A stretch of DNA of 64,000 bases from Dendrobates tinctorius. Taxonomy: Eukaryota. A program made the translations under genes and the position numbers. Shown in pieces: positions 21,201 to 31,605 of this stretch. Under the pieces are notes generated by a model that saw only the letters and a list, made by a program, of their open reading frames with translations, was not told the origin of the DNA and searched no databases. The DNA is taken from assembly GCF_039654945.1 (NCBI RefSeq), contig NW_027361928.1, positions 992,001 through 1,056,000 on the forward strand, read 5' to 3'. Numbering within the stretch: position 1 is the first letter of the stretch; each line of letters starts with the position of its first letter.

Positions 21201-24200
21201 GCTGATTATAGGGGGATCCGTCTGCTCTGATTATAGGGGGATCCGCGCTGATTATAGGTGGAGCTGCGCTGATTATAGGGGGATCCGTCTGCTCTGATTA
21301 TAGGGGTGCGGTGCTGATTATAGGAGGAGCTGCGCTGATTATAGGGGGATCTGTCTGCTCTGATTATAGGGGGCGTGGTGCTGACTATAGGGGGATCCGT
21401 CTGCTGATTATAGGGGGTGCGGTGCTGATTATAGGGGGAGCTGCTCTGATTAGAGGGGGTGCGGTGCTGATTATAGGGGGATCCGTCTGCTGATTATAGG
21501 GGGATCCGCGTTGATTATAGGGGGATCCGTCTGCGCTGATTATAGGGGGAATCTGTCTGCGTTGATTATAGGATCCGTCTGCTCTGATTATAGGGGGATC
21601 CGTCTGCGCCGATTATAGGGGGATCCGTCTGCGCTGATTTTAGGGGGAGCTGCGTTGATTATAGGGGGATCCGTCTGCTCTGATTATAGGGGGAGCGGTG
21701 CTGATTATAGGGGGATCCGTCTGCGCTGATTATAGGTGGAGCTGCGCTGATTATAGGGGGATCCGTCTGCTCTGATTATAGGGGGATCCGTCTGCGCTGA
21801 TTATAGGTGGAGCTGCGCTGATTATAGGGGGATCCGTCTGCTCTGATTATAGGGGGAGCGGTGCTGATTATAGGTGGAGCTGCGCTGATTATAGGGGGAT
21901 CCGTCTGCGCTGATTATAGGGGGATCCGTCTGCTCTGATTATAGGGGGATCAGTCTGCTCTGATTATAGGGGGATCAGTCTGCTCTGATTATAGGGGGAT
22001 CTGTCTGCGCTGATTATAGGGGGATCCGTCTGCGCTGATTATAGGGGGATCCGTCTGCGCTGATTATAGGGGGATACGTCTGCGCTGATTATAGGGGGAT
22101 CTGCTCTGATTATAGGGGGATCCGTCTGCGCTGATTATAGGGGGATCCGTCTGCTCTGATTATAGGGGGATCCGTCTGCGCTGATTATAGGGGGATCTGT
22201 CTGCTCTGATTATAGGGGGATCCGTTTGCTCTGATTATAGGGGGATCCGTCTGCTCTGATTATAGGGGGATCCGTCTGCTCTGATTATAGGGGGATCCGT
22301 CTGCGTTGATTATAGGTGGAGCTGCGCTGATTATAGGGGGATCCGTCTGCGCTGATTATAGGGGATCCGTCTGCGCTGATTATAGGGGGATCCGTCTGCG
22401 CTGATTATAGGGGGATCCGTCTGCGCTGATTATAGGGGGATCCAGCTGCTCTGATTATAGGGGTGCGGTGCTGATTATAGGGGGAGCTGTCTGCTCTGAT
22501 TATAGGGGGATCCGTCTGCACTGATTATAGGGGGATCCATCTGCTCTGATTATAGGGGTGCGGTGCTGATTATAGGGGGAGCTGCGCTGATTATAGGGGG
22601 ATCCGTCTGCTCTGATTATAGGGGGAGCTGCGCTGATTATAGGGGGATCCGTCTGCTCTGATTATAGGGTGCGGTGCTGATTATAGGGGGAGATGCGCTG
22701 ATTATAGGGGGATCCGTCTGCTCTGATTATAGGGGGATCCGCGCTGATTATAGGTGGAGCTGCGCTGATTATAGGGGGATCCGTCTGCTCTGATTATAGG
22801 GGTGCGGTGCTGATTATAGGGGGATCTGTCTGCTCTGATTATAGGGGGCGTGGTGCTGACTATAGGGGGATCCGTCTGCTGATTATAGGGGGATCCGCGT
22901 TGATTATAGGGGGATCCGTCTGCGCTGATTATAGGGGGATCCGTCTGCGCTGATTATAGGGGGATCCGTCTGCGCCGATTATAGGGGGATCCGTCTGCGC
23001 TGATTTTAGGGGGAGCTGCGTTGATTATAGGGGGATCCGTCTGCTCTGATTATAGGGGGAGCGGTGCTGATTATAGGTGGAGCTGCGCTGATTATAGGGG
23101 GATCCGTCTGCTCTGATTATAGGGGGATCCGTCTGCGCTGATTATAGGTGGAGCTGCGCTGATTATAGGGGGATCCGTCTGCTCTGATTATAGGGGGAGC
23201 GGTGCTGATTATAGGGGGATCCGTCTGCTCTGATTATAGGTGGAGCTGCGCTGATTATAGGGGGATCCGTCTGCGCTGATTATAGGGGGATCCGTCTGCG
23301 CTGATTATAGGTGGAGCTGCGCTGATTATAGGGGGATCCGTCTGCTCTGATTATAGGGGGAGCGGTGCTGATTATAGGTGGAGCTGCGCTGATTATAGGG
23401 GGATCCGTCTGCGCTGATTATAGGGGGATCCGTCTGCTCTGATTATAGGGGGATCAGTCTGCTCTGATTATAGGGGGATCAGTCTGCTCTGATTATAGGG
23501 GGATCAGTCTGCTCTGATTATAGGGGGATCCGTCTGCTCTGATTATAGGGGGATCCGTCTGCGCTGATTATAGGGGGATCTGCTCTGATTATAGGGGGAT
23601 CCGTCTGCGCTGATTATAGGGGGATCCGTTTGCGCTGATTATAGGGGGATCCGTCTGCGCTGATTATAGGGGGATCCGTCTGCGCTGATTATAGGGGGAT
23701 CCGTCTGCTCTGATTATAGGGGGATCCGTCTGCGCTGATTATAGGGGGATCCGTCTGCGCTTATAGGGGGATCCGTCTGCGCTGATTATAGAGGGATCCG
23801 TCTGCGCTGATTATAGGGGGAGCCGTCTGCGCTGATTATAGGGGGATCCGTCTGCGCTGATTTTAGGGGGAGCTGCGTTGATTATAGGGGGATCCGTCTG
23901 CTCTGATTATAGGGGGAGCGGTGCTGATTATAGGTGGAGCTGCGCTGATTATAGGGGGATCCGTCTGCTCTGATTATAGGGGGATCCGTCTGCGCTGATT
24001 ATAGGGGGATCCGTCTGCGCTGATTATAGAGGGATCCGTCTGCGCTGATTATAGGGGGATCCGTCTGCGCTGATTATAGGGGGATCCGTCTGCGCTGATT
24101 TTAGGGGGAGCTGCGTTGATTATAGGGGGATCCGTCTGCTCTGATTATAGGGGGAGCGGTGCTGATTATAGGTGGAGCTGCGCTGATTATAGGGGGATCC

Positions 24201-25405
24201 GTCTGCTCTGATTATAGGGGGATCCGTCTGCGCTGATTATAGGTGGAGCTGCGCTGATTATAGGGGGATCCGTCTGCTCTGATTATAGGGGGAGCGGTGC
24301 TGATTATAGGGGGATCCGTCTGCTCTGATTATAGGGGGATCCGTCTGCGCTGATTATAGGTGGAGCTGCGCTGATTATAGGGGGATCCGTCTGCTCTGAT
24401 TATAGGGGGAGCTGCGCTGATTATAGGGGGATCCGTCTGCGCTGATTATAGGGGGATCCGTCTGCGCTGATTATAGGGGGATCCGTCTGCGCTGATTATA
24501 GGTGGAGCTGCGCTGATTATAGGGGGATCCGTCTGCTCTGATTATAGGGGGAGCGGTGCTGATTATAGGTGGAGCTGCGCTGATTATAGGGGGATCCGTC
24601 TGCGCTGATTATAGGGGGATCCGTCTGCTCTGATTATAGGGGGATCAGTCTGCTCTGATTATAGGGGGATCAGTCTGCTCTGATTATAGGGGGATCAGTC
24701 TGCTCTGATTATAGGGGGATCCGTCTGCTCTGATTATAGGGGGATCCGTCTGCGCTGATTATAGGGGGATCTGCTCTGATTATAGGGGGATCCGTCTGCG
24801 CTGATTATAGGGGGATCCGTTTGCGCTGATTATAGGGGGATCCGTCTGCGCTGATTATAGGGGGATCCGTCTGCGTTGATTATAGGGGGATCCGTCTGCT
24901 CTGATTATAGGGGGATCCGTCTGCGCTGATTATAGGGGGATCCGTCTGCGCTGATTATAGAGGGATCCGTCTGCGTTGATTATAGGGGGAGCCGTCTGCG
25001 CTGATTATAGAGGGATCCGTCTGCGCTGATTATAGGGGGATCCGTCTGCGTTGATTATAGGGGGATCCGTCTGCGCTGATTATAGGGGGATCCGTCTGCG
25101 TTTATAGGGGGATCCGTCTGCGCTGATTATAGGGGGATCCGTCTGCGTTGATTATAGGGGGATCCGTCTGCGCTGATTATAGGGGGATCCGTCTGCGCTG
25201 ATTATAGGGGGATCCGTCTGCGTTGATTATAGGGGGATCCGTCTGCGTTGATTATAGGGGGATCCGTCTGCTCTGATTATAGGGGGATCCGTCTGCTCTG
25301 ATTATAGGGGGATCCGTCTGCTCTGATTATAGGGGGATCCGTCTGCGTTGATTATAGGGGGATCCGTCTGCGCTGATTATAGGGGGATCCGTCTGCTCTG
25401 ATTAT
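15220..25405. repeat. ~10-kb satellite: constant CTGATTATAGGGGG core plus a variable 7-11-nt linker (20-24-bp units)
   Basis: Hundreds of tandem units. The linker type shifts from GAGCCGC.. to ATCCGTCTG.. at ~18050. Confidence 0.95.
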
Positions 25406-27595
25406 CGCTGGGGGGGAGGGGGGAGGGGCGCAGTCGCAGAGGGGGGAGGGGCGCAGTCGCAGAGGGGGGAGGGGCGCAGTCGCGGAGGGGGGAGGGGCGC
25501 AGTCGCTGAGGGGGAGGGGCGCAGTCGCGGAGGGGGGAGGGGCACAGTCGCGGAGGGGCGCAGTCGGGGGAGGGGCGCAGTCGCGGAGGGGGGAGGGGCG
25601 CAGTCGCTGAGGGGGAGGGGCGCAGTCGCTGAGGGGGAGGGGGGAGGGGCGCAGTCACGGAGGGGGGAGGGGCGCAGTCACTGGGAGGGGCGCAGTCGCT
25701 GAGGGGGAGGGGCACAGTCGCTGAGGGGGAGGGGCACAGTCGCTGAGGGGGAGGGGGGAGGGGCGCAGTCACAGGGGGAGGAGCGCAGTCGCTGAGGGGG
25801 AGGAGCGCAGTCGCTGAGGGGGAGGGGCGCAGTCGCTGAGGGGGAGGAGCGCAGTCACTGAGGGGGAGGGGGAGGAGCGCAGTCGCTGAGGGGGAGGAGC
25901 GCAGTCGCTGAGGGGGAGGGGCACAGTCACTGAGGGGGAGGAGCGCAGTCACTGAGGGGGAGGGGCGCAGTCGCTGAGGGGGAGGGGGGAGGGGCGCAGT
26001 CACTGAGGGGGGAGGATCGCAGTCGCTGAGGGGGAGGAGCGCAGTCACTGAGGGGGAGGGGGGAGGATCGCAGTCGCTGAGGGGGAGGGGCGCAGTCGCT
26101 GAGGGGGAGGGGCACAGTCGCTGAGGGGGAGGGGCACAGTCACTGAGGGGGAGGGGCACAGTCACTGAGGGGGAGGGGGAGGAGCGCAGTCGCTGAGGGG
26201 GAGGGGCGCAGTCGCTGAGGGGCGCAGTCGCTGAGGGGGGAGGGGCGGTCGCTGAGGGGGAGGGGCGCAGTCGCTGAAAGGGAGGGGCGCAGTCGCTGAG
26301 GGGGGAAGGGCGCAGTCGCTGAGGGGGAGGGGCGCAGTCACTGAGGGGGGAGGGGCGCAGTCACTGAGGGGGGAGGAGCGCAGTCACTGAGGGGGATGGG
26401 GAGGAGCGCAGTCGCTGAGGGGGGAGGGGCGCAGTCGCTGAGGGGGGAGGGGCGCAGTCGCTGAGGGGGAGGGGGGAGGGGCGCAGTCACTGAGGGGGAG
26501 GGGCGCAGTCACTGAGGGGGAGGGGCGCAGTCACTGAGGGGGGAGGGTTGAGGTCGCCGTGGGGGGGAGGGTTGAGGTCGCCGTGGGGGAAGGTTGAGGT
26601 CGCCGTGGGGGGAGGGTTGAGGTCGCCGTGGGGGAGGGGCGCAGTCACTGAGGGGGGAGGGTTGAGGTCGCCGTGGGGGGGAGGGTTGAGGTCGCCGTGG
26701 GGGGGAGGGGTGCTGTCACCGTGGGGGGGAGGGTTGAGGTCGCCGTGGGGGGGAGGGTTGAGGTCGCCGTGGGGGAGGGTTGAGGTCGCTGTGGGGGAGG
26801 GGTGCTGTCACTGGGGGGAGGGTTGAGGTCGCTGTGGGGGGAGGGTTGAGGTCGCTGTGGGGGGAGGGGTGCTGTCACTGTGGGGGGAGGGTTGAGGTCG
26901 CTGTGGGGGAGGGGTGCTGTCGCCGTGGGGGGAGGGTTGAGGTCGCTGTGGGGGAGGGGTGCTGTCACTGTGGGGGGAGGGTTGAGGTCGCTGTGGGGGG
27001 AGGGGTGCAGTTACTGTGGGGGGAGGGTTGAGGTCGCTGTGGGGGGAGGGGTGCAGTCACTGTGGGGGGAGGGGTGCTGTCACTGTGGGGGGAGGGGTGC
27101 TGTCACTGTGGGGGGAGGGTTGAGGTCGCTGTGGGGAGAGCGTTGAGGTCGCTGTGGGGGGAGGGTTGAGGTCGCCGTGGGGGGAGGGTTGAGGTCGCTG
27201 TGGGGGGAGGGGTGCTGTCACTGTGGGGGGAGGGTTGAGGTCACTGTGGGGGAAGGGTTGAGGTCGCCGTGGGGGGAGGGTTGAGGTCGCTGTGGGGGAG
27301 GGGTGCTGTTACTGTGGGAGGAGGGTTGAGGTCGCCGTGGGGGGAGGGTTGAGGTCGCCGTGGGGGGAGGGTTGAGGTCGCTGTGGGGGAGGGGTGCTGT
27401 CACTGTGGGGGGAGGGTTGAGGTCGCTGTGGGGGAGGGGTGCAGTCACTGTGGGGGGAGGGGTGCTGTCACTGTGGGGGGAGGGGTGCTGTCACTGTGGG
27501 GGGAGGGTTGAGGTCGCCGTGGGGGGAGGGGTGCAGGTCACCGTGGGGGGAGGGTTGAGGTCTCTGTGTCGGAGGGGCACAGTCACTGTGGGGGG
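25406..27595. repeat. Two G-rich minisatellites (CAGTCGCTGAGGGGGAGGGGCG; GGGTTGAGGTCGCYGTGGGGGGA) upstream of AMT exon 2
   Basis: Tandem 22-24-bp units with a switch at ~26545. Confidence 0.92.
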
Positions 27596-27653
27596 GTGTG
27601 GTCGCTCGCTTTCCTCCGTGCTGCGCTGTATCTCCTCCATCTCCTGTCCGCAG

Positions 27654-27970
27654 GGGCCCCGCCGCACCGCGCTCTACGACTTGCACCGCGCCCATGGCGG
27701 GAGTATGGTGGAGTTCTCGGGCTGGAGCCTCCCGCTGCAGTACGCGGACGGTCACGTGGCCTCGCACCTGCACACCCGCCGCCGCTGCTCGCTGTTTGAC
27801 GTCTCTCACATGCTCCAGGTAAACGCGGCACTGATAACGGGCAGCGGGCACCGGTAACCTCCGACTCACCGCACGTCTCTGCCTCACAGACCCGGATCCA
27901 CGGGAAGGATCGGATCGCCTTCATAGAAAGTCTGGTAGTCGGCGACATCGCAGAACTGAAGCCAAACCAG
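27654..27970 (+). pseudogene. AMT: Aminomethyltransferase (glycine cleavage T protein) fragment, exons 2-3 only
   Basis: Exon 27654-27818 ([46 protein letters not shown]) and exon 27890-27970 ([27 protein letters not shown]) match AMT exons 2-3. No exon 1 was found upstream (satellite only) and no exon 4 onward downstream (TEs, then APEH). Gene identity is secure; pseudogene status is inferred. Confidence 0.8.
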
Positions 27971-28279
27971 GCAAGTGATGTCATCACCAGGGGGCGGGGC
28001 TGACAACCCCTCCCCCTCTGCGCTGGTGGGTGGTCAGGATGCTGCGTTACCATCTGGCATCTTCTCTCCCTGTGCTGATCTTTGGTGTAATCCTTTGGTT
28101 GCATTGTCCTCCGTGCTCGCTGCCGTATGTCCATGTCACCTGGTGGATGGTGTTATAGAGATGCAGCCAGGCCCAGTGTATGATCGTCTCTCCACCCCTG
28201 GTGTGCTGGCCCCAGCGGCCTCATTATCCCAAACCACCTCCCACAATCCCTCTCTCCTGACCCTGTAGTGTGAGCTATA

Positions 28280-30971
28280 CATTTAGAAACATTCTAAGGG
28301 GAGCACGCAGTGTGGGGTGCACGCATCCCAGAAGCTAAGCATCAAGAAAACTGCCGTTATCCATGGCAGTTAGTCAGGGCAGGAGTCAGGTAACCCACAC
28401 TTTGCTCTCCCCTTTATCCATGTGCTTTATTTTTATCCTGTGTTCCCTTGCCATCCACATTCACCGCCCCATCCCACATCACGACTCATACACATCAGCC
28501 CCTCTATACTTCCCTCTCCCATGTACAGCTCCCATGCACTCCTCACCTTCCTGAGAAACCTCAGCCCATCTTGCCCAAACACATCGCAGAAAAAAACTAC
28601 TTACAATTCCAACAACTATCTGCTCTTTATCTTCCTACTCCTACTGATTTCAGGGGACATCTCCCCCAACCCTGGTCCACCATCCCCCAGCCTCAACCCC
28701 TACCTCATATCGAAACCATAATAATCTTATTAACATTACTTGCACTCCCTCATCTCCATCTTTTAACTGTGCCCTCTGGAATCCACGGTCTGCTTGTAAC
28801 AAGCTTCCTTTCCTGCACAACTAGAATCATAGAATGGTAGAGTTGGAAGGGACCTCCTGGGCCATCTGGTCCAACCCCCTGCTCAAAGCAGGATTCGCTA
28901 AATCATCCCAGTCAGATGTCTGTCCAGCCTCTGTTTGAAGACTTCCATTGAAGGAGAACTCCCCACCTCTCGTGGCAGCCTGTTCCACTCATTGATCACT
29001 CTCACTGTCACCCATCGAATATCTAATCTGTGTCTCCTCCCATTCAGTTTCATCCCATTGCTTCTAGTCTTTCCTTGTGCAAATGAGAATAAAGTTGATC
29101 CTTCTACAATGTGACAGCCCTTGAGATATTTGTAGACAGCTATTAAGTCTCCTCTCAGTCTTCTCTTTTGCAAACTAAACATTCCCAAATCCTGCAACCT
29201 TTCCTCATAAGACAGGGTTTGCAGACCGGTCACCATTCTGGTCGCTCTTTTCTGAACTTGCTCCAGTTTGTTGATGAACAACTACTTTCTGAACAACTCT
29301 CTTAATCTGTTGGCCCTCACTGAAACCTGGATTCAGGATTCTGACACTGTCTCTCCTGCTGCCATTTCCTACGGTGGCTACAATTCTCTCACTCCCCGAG
29401 ACCCCAAAACAGACCTGGTGGTGGAGTCGGCATACTCTTGTCCCCACACTGCACTTTCCAGGTCATCCCCCCCAGTTCTCATTCCCTTCTTTTGAGGTCC
29501 ACACCATCAGGCTCTTCCGTCCCCTCTCCCTCAGGGTAGCGGTCATATACCGGCCCCCAGGCTCACCCACCCACTTCCTTGACCACTTTTCAGCCTGGCC
29601 GCCGCACTTCATGTCCTCAGAACTTCCAACCCTCATCCTGGGAGACTTCAACATCCCCATTTAACAGCCCCACTTCCACATCTGCATCCCAGCTTCTATC
29701 ACTAACCTCTTCTCTCGGCTTCTCACAGCTCTCAGCCTCTGAGACACATAAGGACGGTAACACCCTGGACCTGGTCCTTGTCCGACTCTGCTCAATCTCC
29801 CACCTAGATAACTCACCGCTTCCACTCTCTGACCACAACATTCTCTCCTTCACAAATCCTCGCCCACCCCAGCTCCCTCCTACCTACCACAGTCAGAAAT
29901 CTACAAGCCATTAACCCTCAGACACTTTCAGATTCCCTACACTCATCACTGTCCCCGATCTCCTCTTTTTCCTGTCCTGATCTGGCTGTTCATCACTACA
30001 ATGACACTGTTACAACCACCCTTGACCAGGTAGCGCCCCTCTACCTCAGAACCTCCAAGCACAGAGTGAAACAGCCCTGGCTCACATCGCAAACTCAACT
30101 TCTCCAGCGATGCTCCAGGAGTGCTGAACGCATATGGAGAAAAACCCGCACACCAGAAGACTTCATCCACTTCAAATTTATGTTAAGCACCTATAACTCT
30201 GCCCTTCACCTCCCAAACAGACCTACTTCACCACCCTGATCTCCTCACTAGCCAACAACCGCAATAAACATTTTGACACCTTTCACTCCTTCCTCAGGCC
30301 AAAAGCACAAGCCCCTATCACAGACATTTGCGCGGATGACCTGGCCTCCCACTTTACAGAAAAAATAGATAATATCCGTCAAGAAATCCGCTACCAACCA
30401 CCAGGTGCTGTGACTCCCATCCCTCCCTGCATCTCCCCTGGCTCACTCTCCACATTTCATCCCATCACAGAAGAAGAAGTCTCCAGACTCCTCTCTTCTT
30501 TTCATCCAACCACATGCACTACCGACCCCATTCCCTCACATCTCCTCCAGTCTCTCTCTCCAGTCGTCACAACTCACCTAACTACAATCTTTAATCTCTC
30601 CCTCTCCTCTGGGATTTTCCCCTCCTCCTTCAAACACGCCATCGTTACTCCATTACTAAAGAAACCCGCTCTCGACCCATCCTGCACAAACAACTACAGA
30701 CCAGTCTCCAATCTCCCCTTCATCTCTAAACTCTTGGAGCGCCTGATATACTCTCGCCTTACCCGTTACCTCTCCACTCACTCCCTCCTAGACCCTTCAC
30801 AGTCCGGCTTCCGCCCCCTACATTCGACAGAAACTGCACTCATCAAAGTGACCAATGACCTTCTGACAGCAAAACGTAATGGTGACCACTCTCTGCTCAT
30901 TCTTCTCATTTCTGCAGCTTTCGATACTGTTGTCCACCATCTCCTACTCTCTAGGCTCCAGTCACTAGGCA
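28280..30971 (+). mobile_element. Degenerate L2-clade LINE, 5' portion (2A-like peptide, APE endonuclease, start of RT), 3'-truncated
   Basis: LLLISGDISPNPGP; LLALTETW; VIYRPPG; ILGDFNI; GNTLDLV..LSDH; [47 protein letters not shown]. Multiple frameshifts; the 5' boundary is approximate. Confidence 0.88.
28824..29277 (-). mobile_element. 5'-truncated CR1 LINE nested in the L2 endonuclease
   Basis: LEQVQKRATRMV..SYEERLQDLGMFSLQKRRLRGDLI..WNRLP; ATTCTATG-type tail; 7-bp TSD ACAACTA (28817-28823 / 29278-29284). Confidence 0.9.
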
Positions 30972-31605
30972 TCAACCCCTTTGTGCCATATGACGTACTA
31001 TCCCGTCCATGTGCCCTGGGACTTAATCCCCAAGGACGGGATAGTACGTCATCATAGATCAGCAGCGCTCATGGGGGGAGCGCCGCTGATCGCGGCCGGG
31101 TGTCAAGCAGATTATCACAGCTGACAACCGGCACAATGTGTCAGGGGCGGTCACGGACCACTCCCGGCACATTAACCCCTGGCAGACTGTGATCAAACAT
31201 GATCGCAGTGTACCAGGAGCATAGGGAAGAATCGCACAGAGAGGGGGCTTCCCGGAGACCCTCGGAGCAATGCGATGTGCTCGAGCTGCACCGAGGGTCT
31301 CCTCCCTGCAGGCCCCGGATCCAATATGGCTGCTGGGTCCTGCAGGGAGACGGCTTTCTCAGCGCCTGTCAGATCGCCGATCTGTGCAAAGTGTCCGAAC
31401 AGCGATCTGAGACTTTATAGTGCGTTGAAAAAGTCAAGTGGCGCTGCTTCCCTTCCAAGCTCTGCCATGCGCCCAAACAGTGGTTTACCCCCACATATGA
31501 GGGATCAGCCTACTCAGGACAAATTGTAAAACAACGTTTGCGGTCCAATTTCTCCTGTTACCCTTGGGAAAAAAAAATTGGACCTGAAATAATTTTTTTG
31601 TGAAA
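30972..31605. mobile_element. Non-autonomous piggyBac-like DNA element, one end only
   Basis: Begins TCAA-CCCCTT (variant of TTAA-CCCCTT) with a subterminal palindrome (tgacgtactatcccgtcc...ggacgggatagtacgtca). 31423-31570 is reverse-complement related to the internal repeats of the 45973-48246 element. Confidence 0.6.

Noticed and set aside
15220-25405. CRISPR-like look (constant repeat plus variable spacer)
   Set aside because: Linkers are only ~7-11 nt and are reused hundreds of times. There are no cas genes and the context is vertebrate and intron-containing, so this is a satellite.
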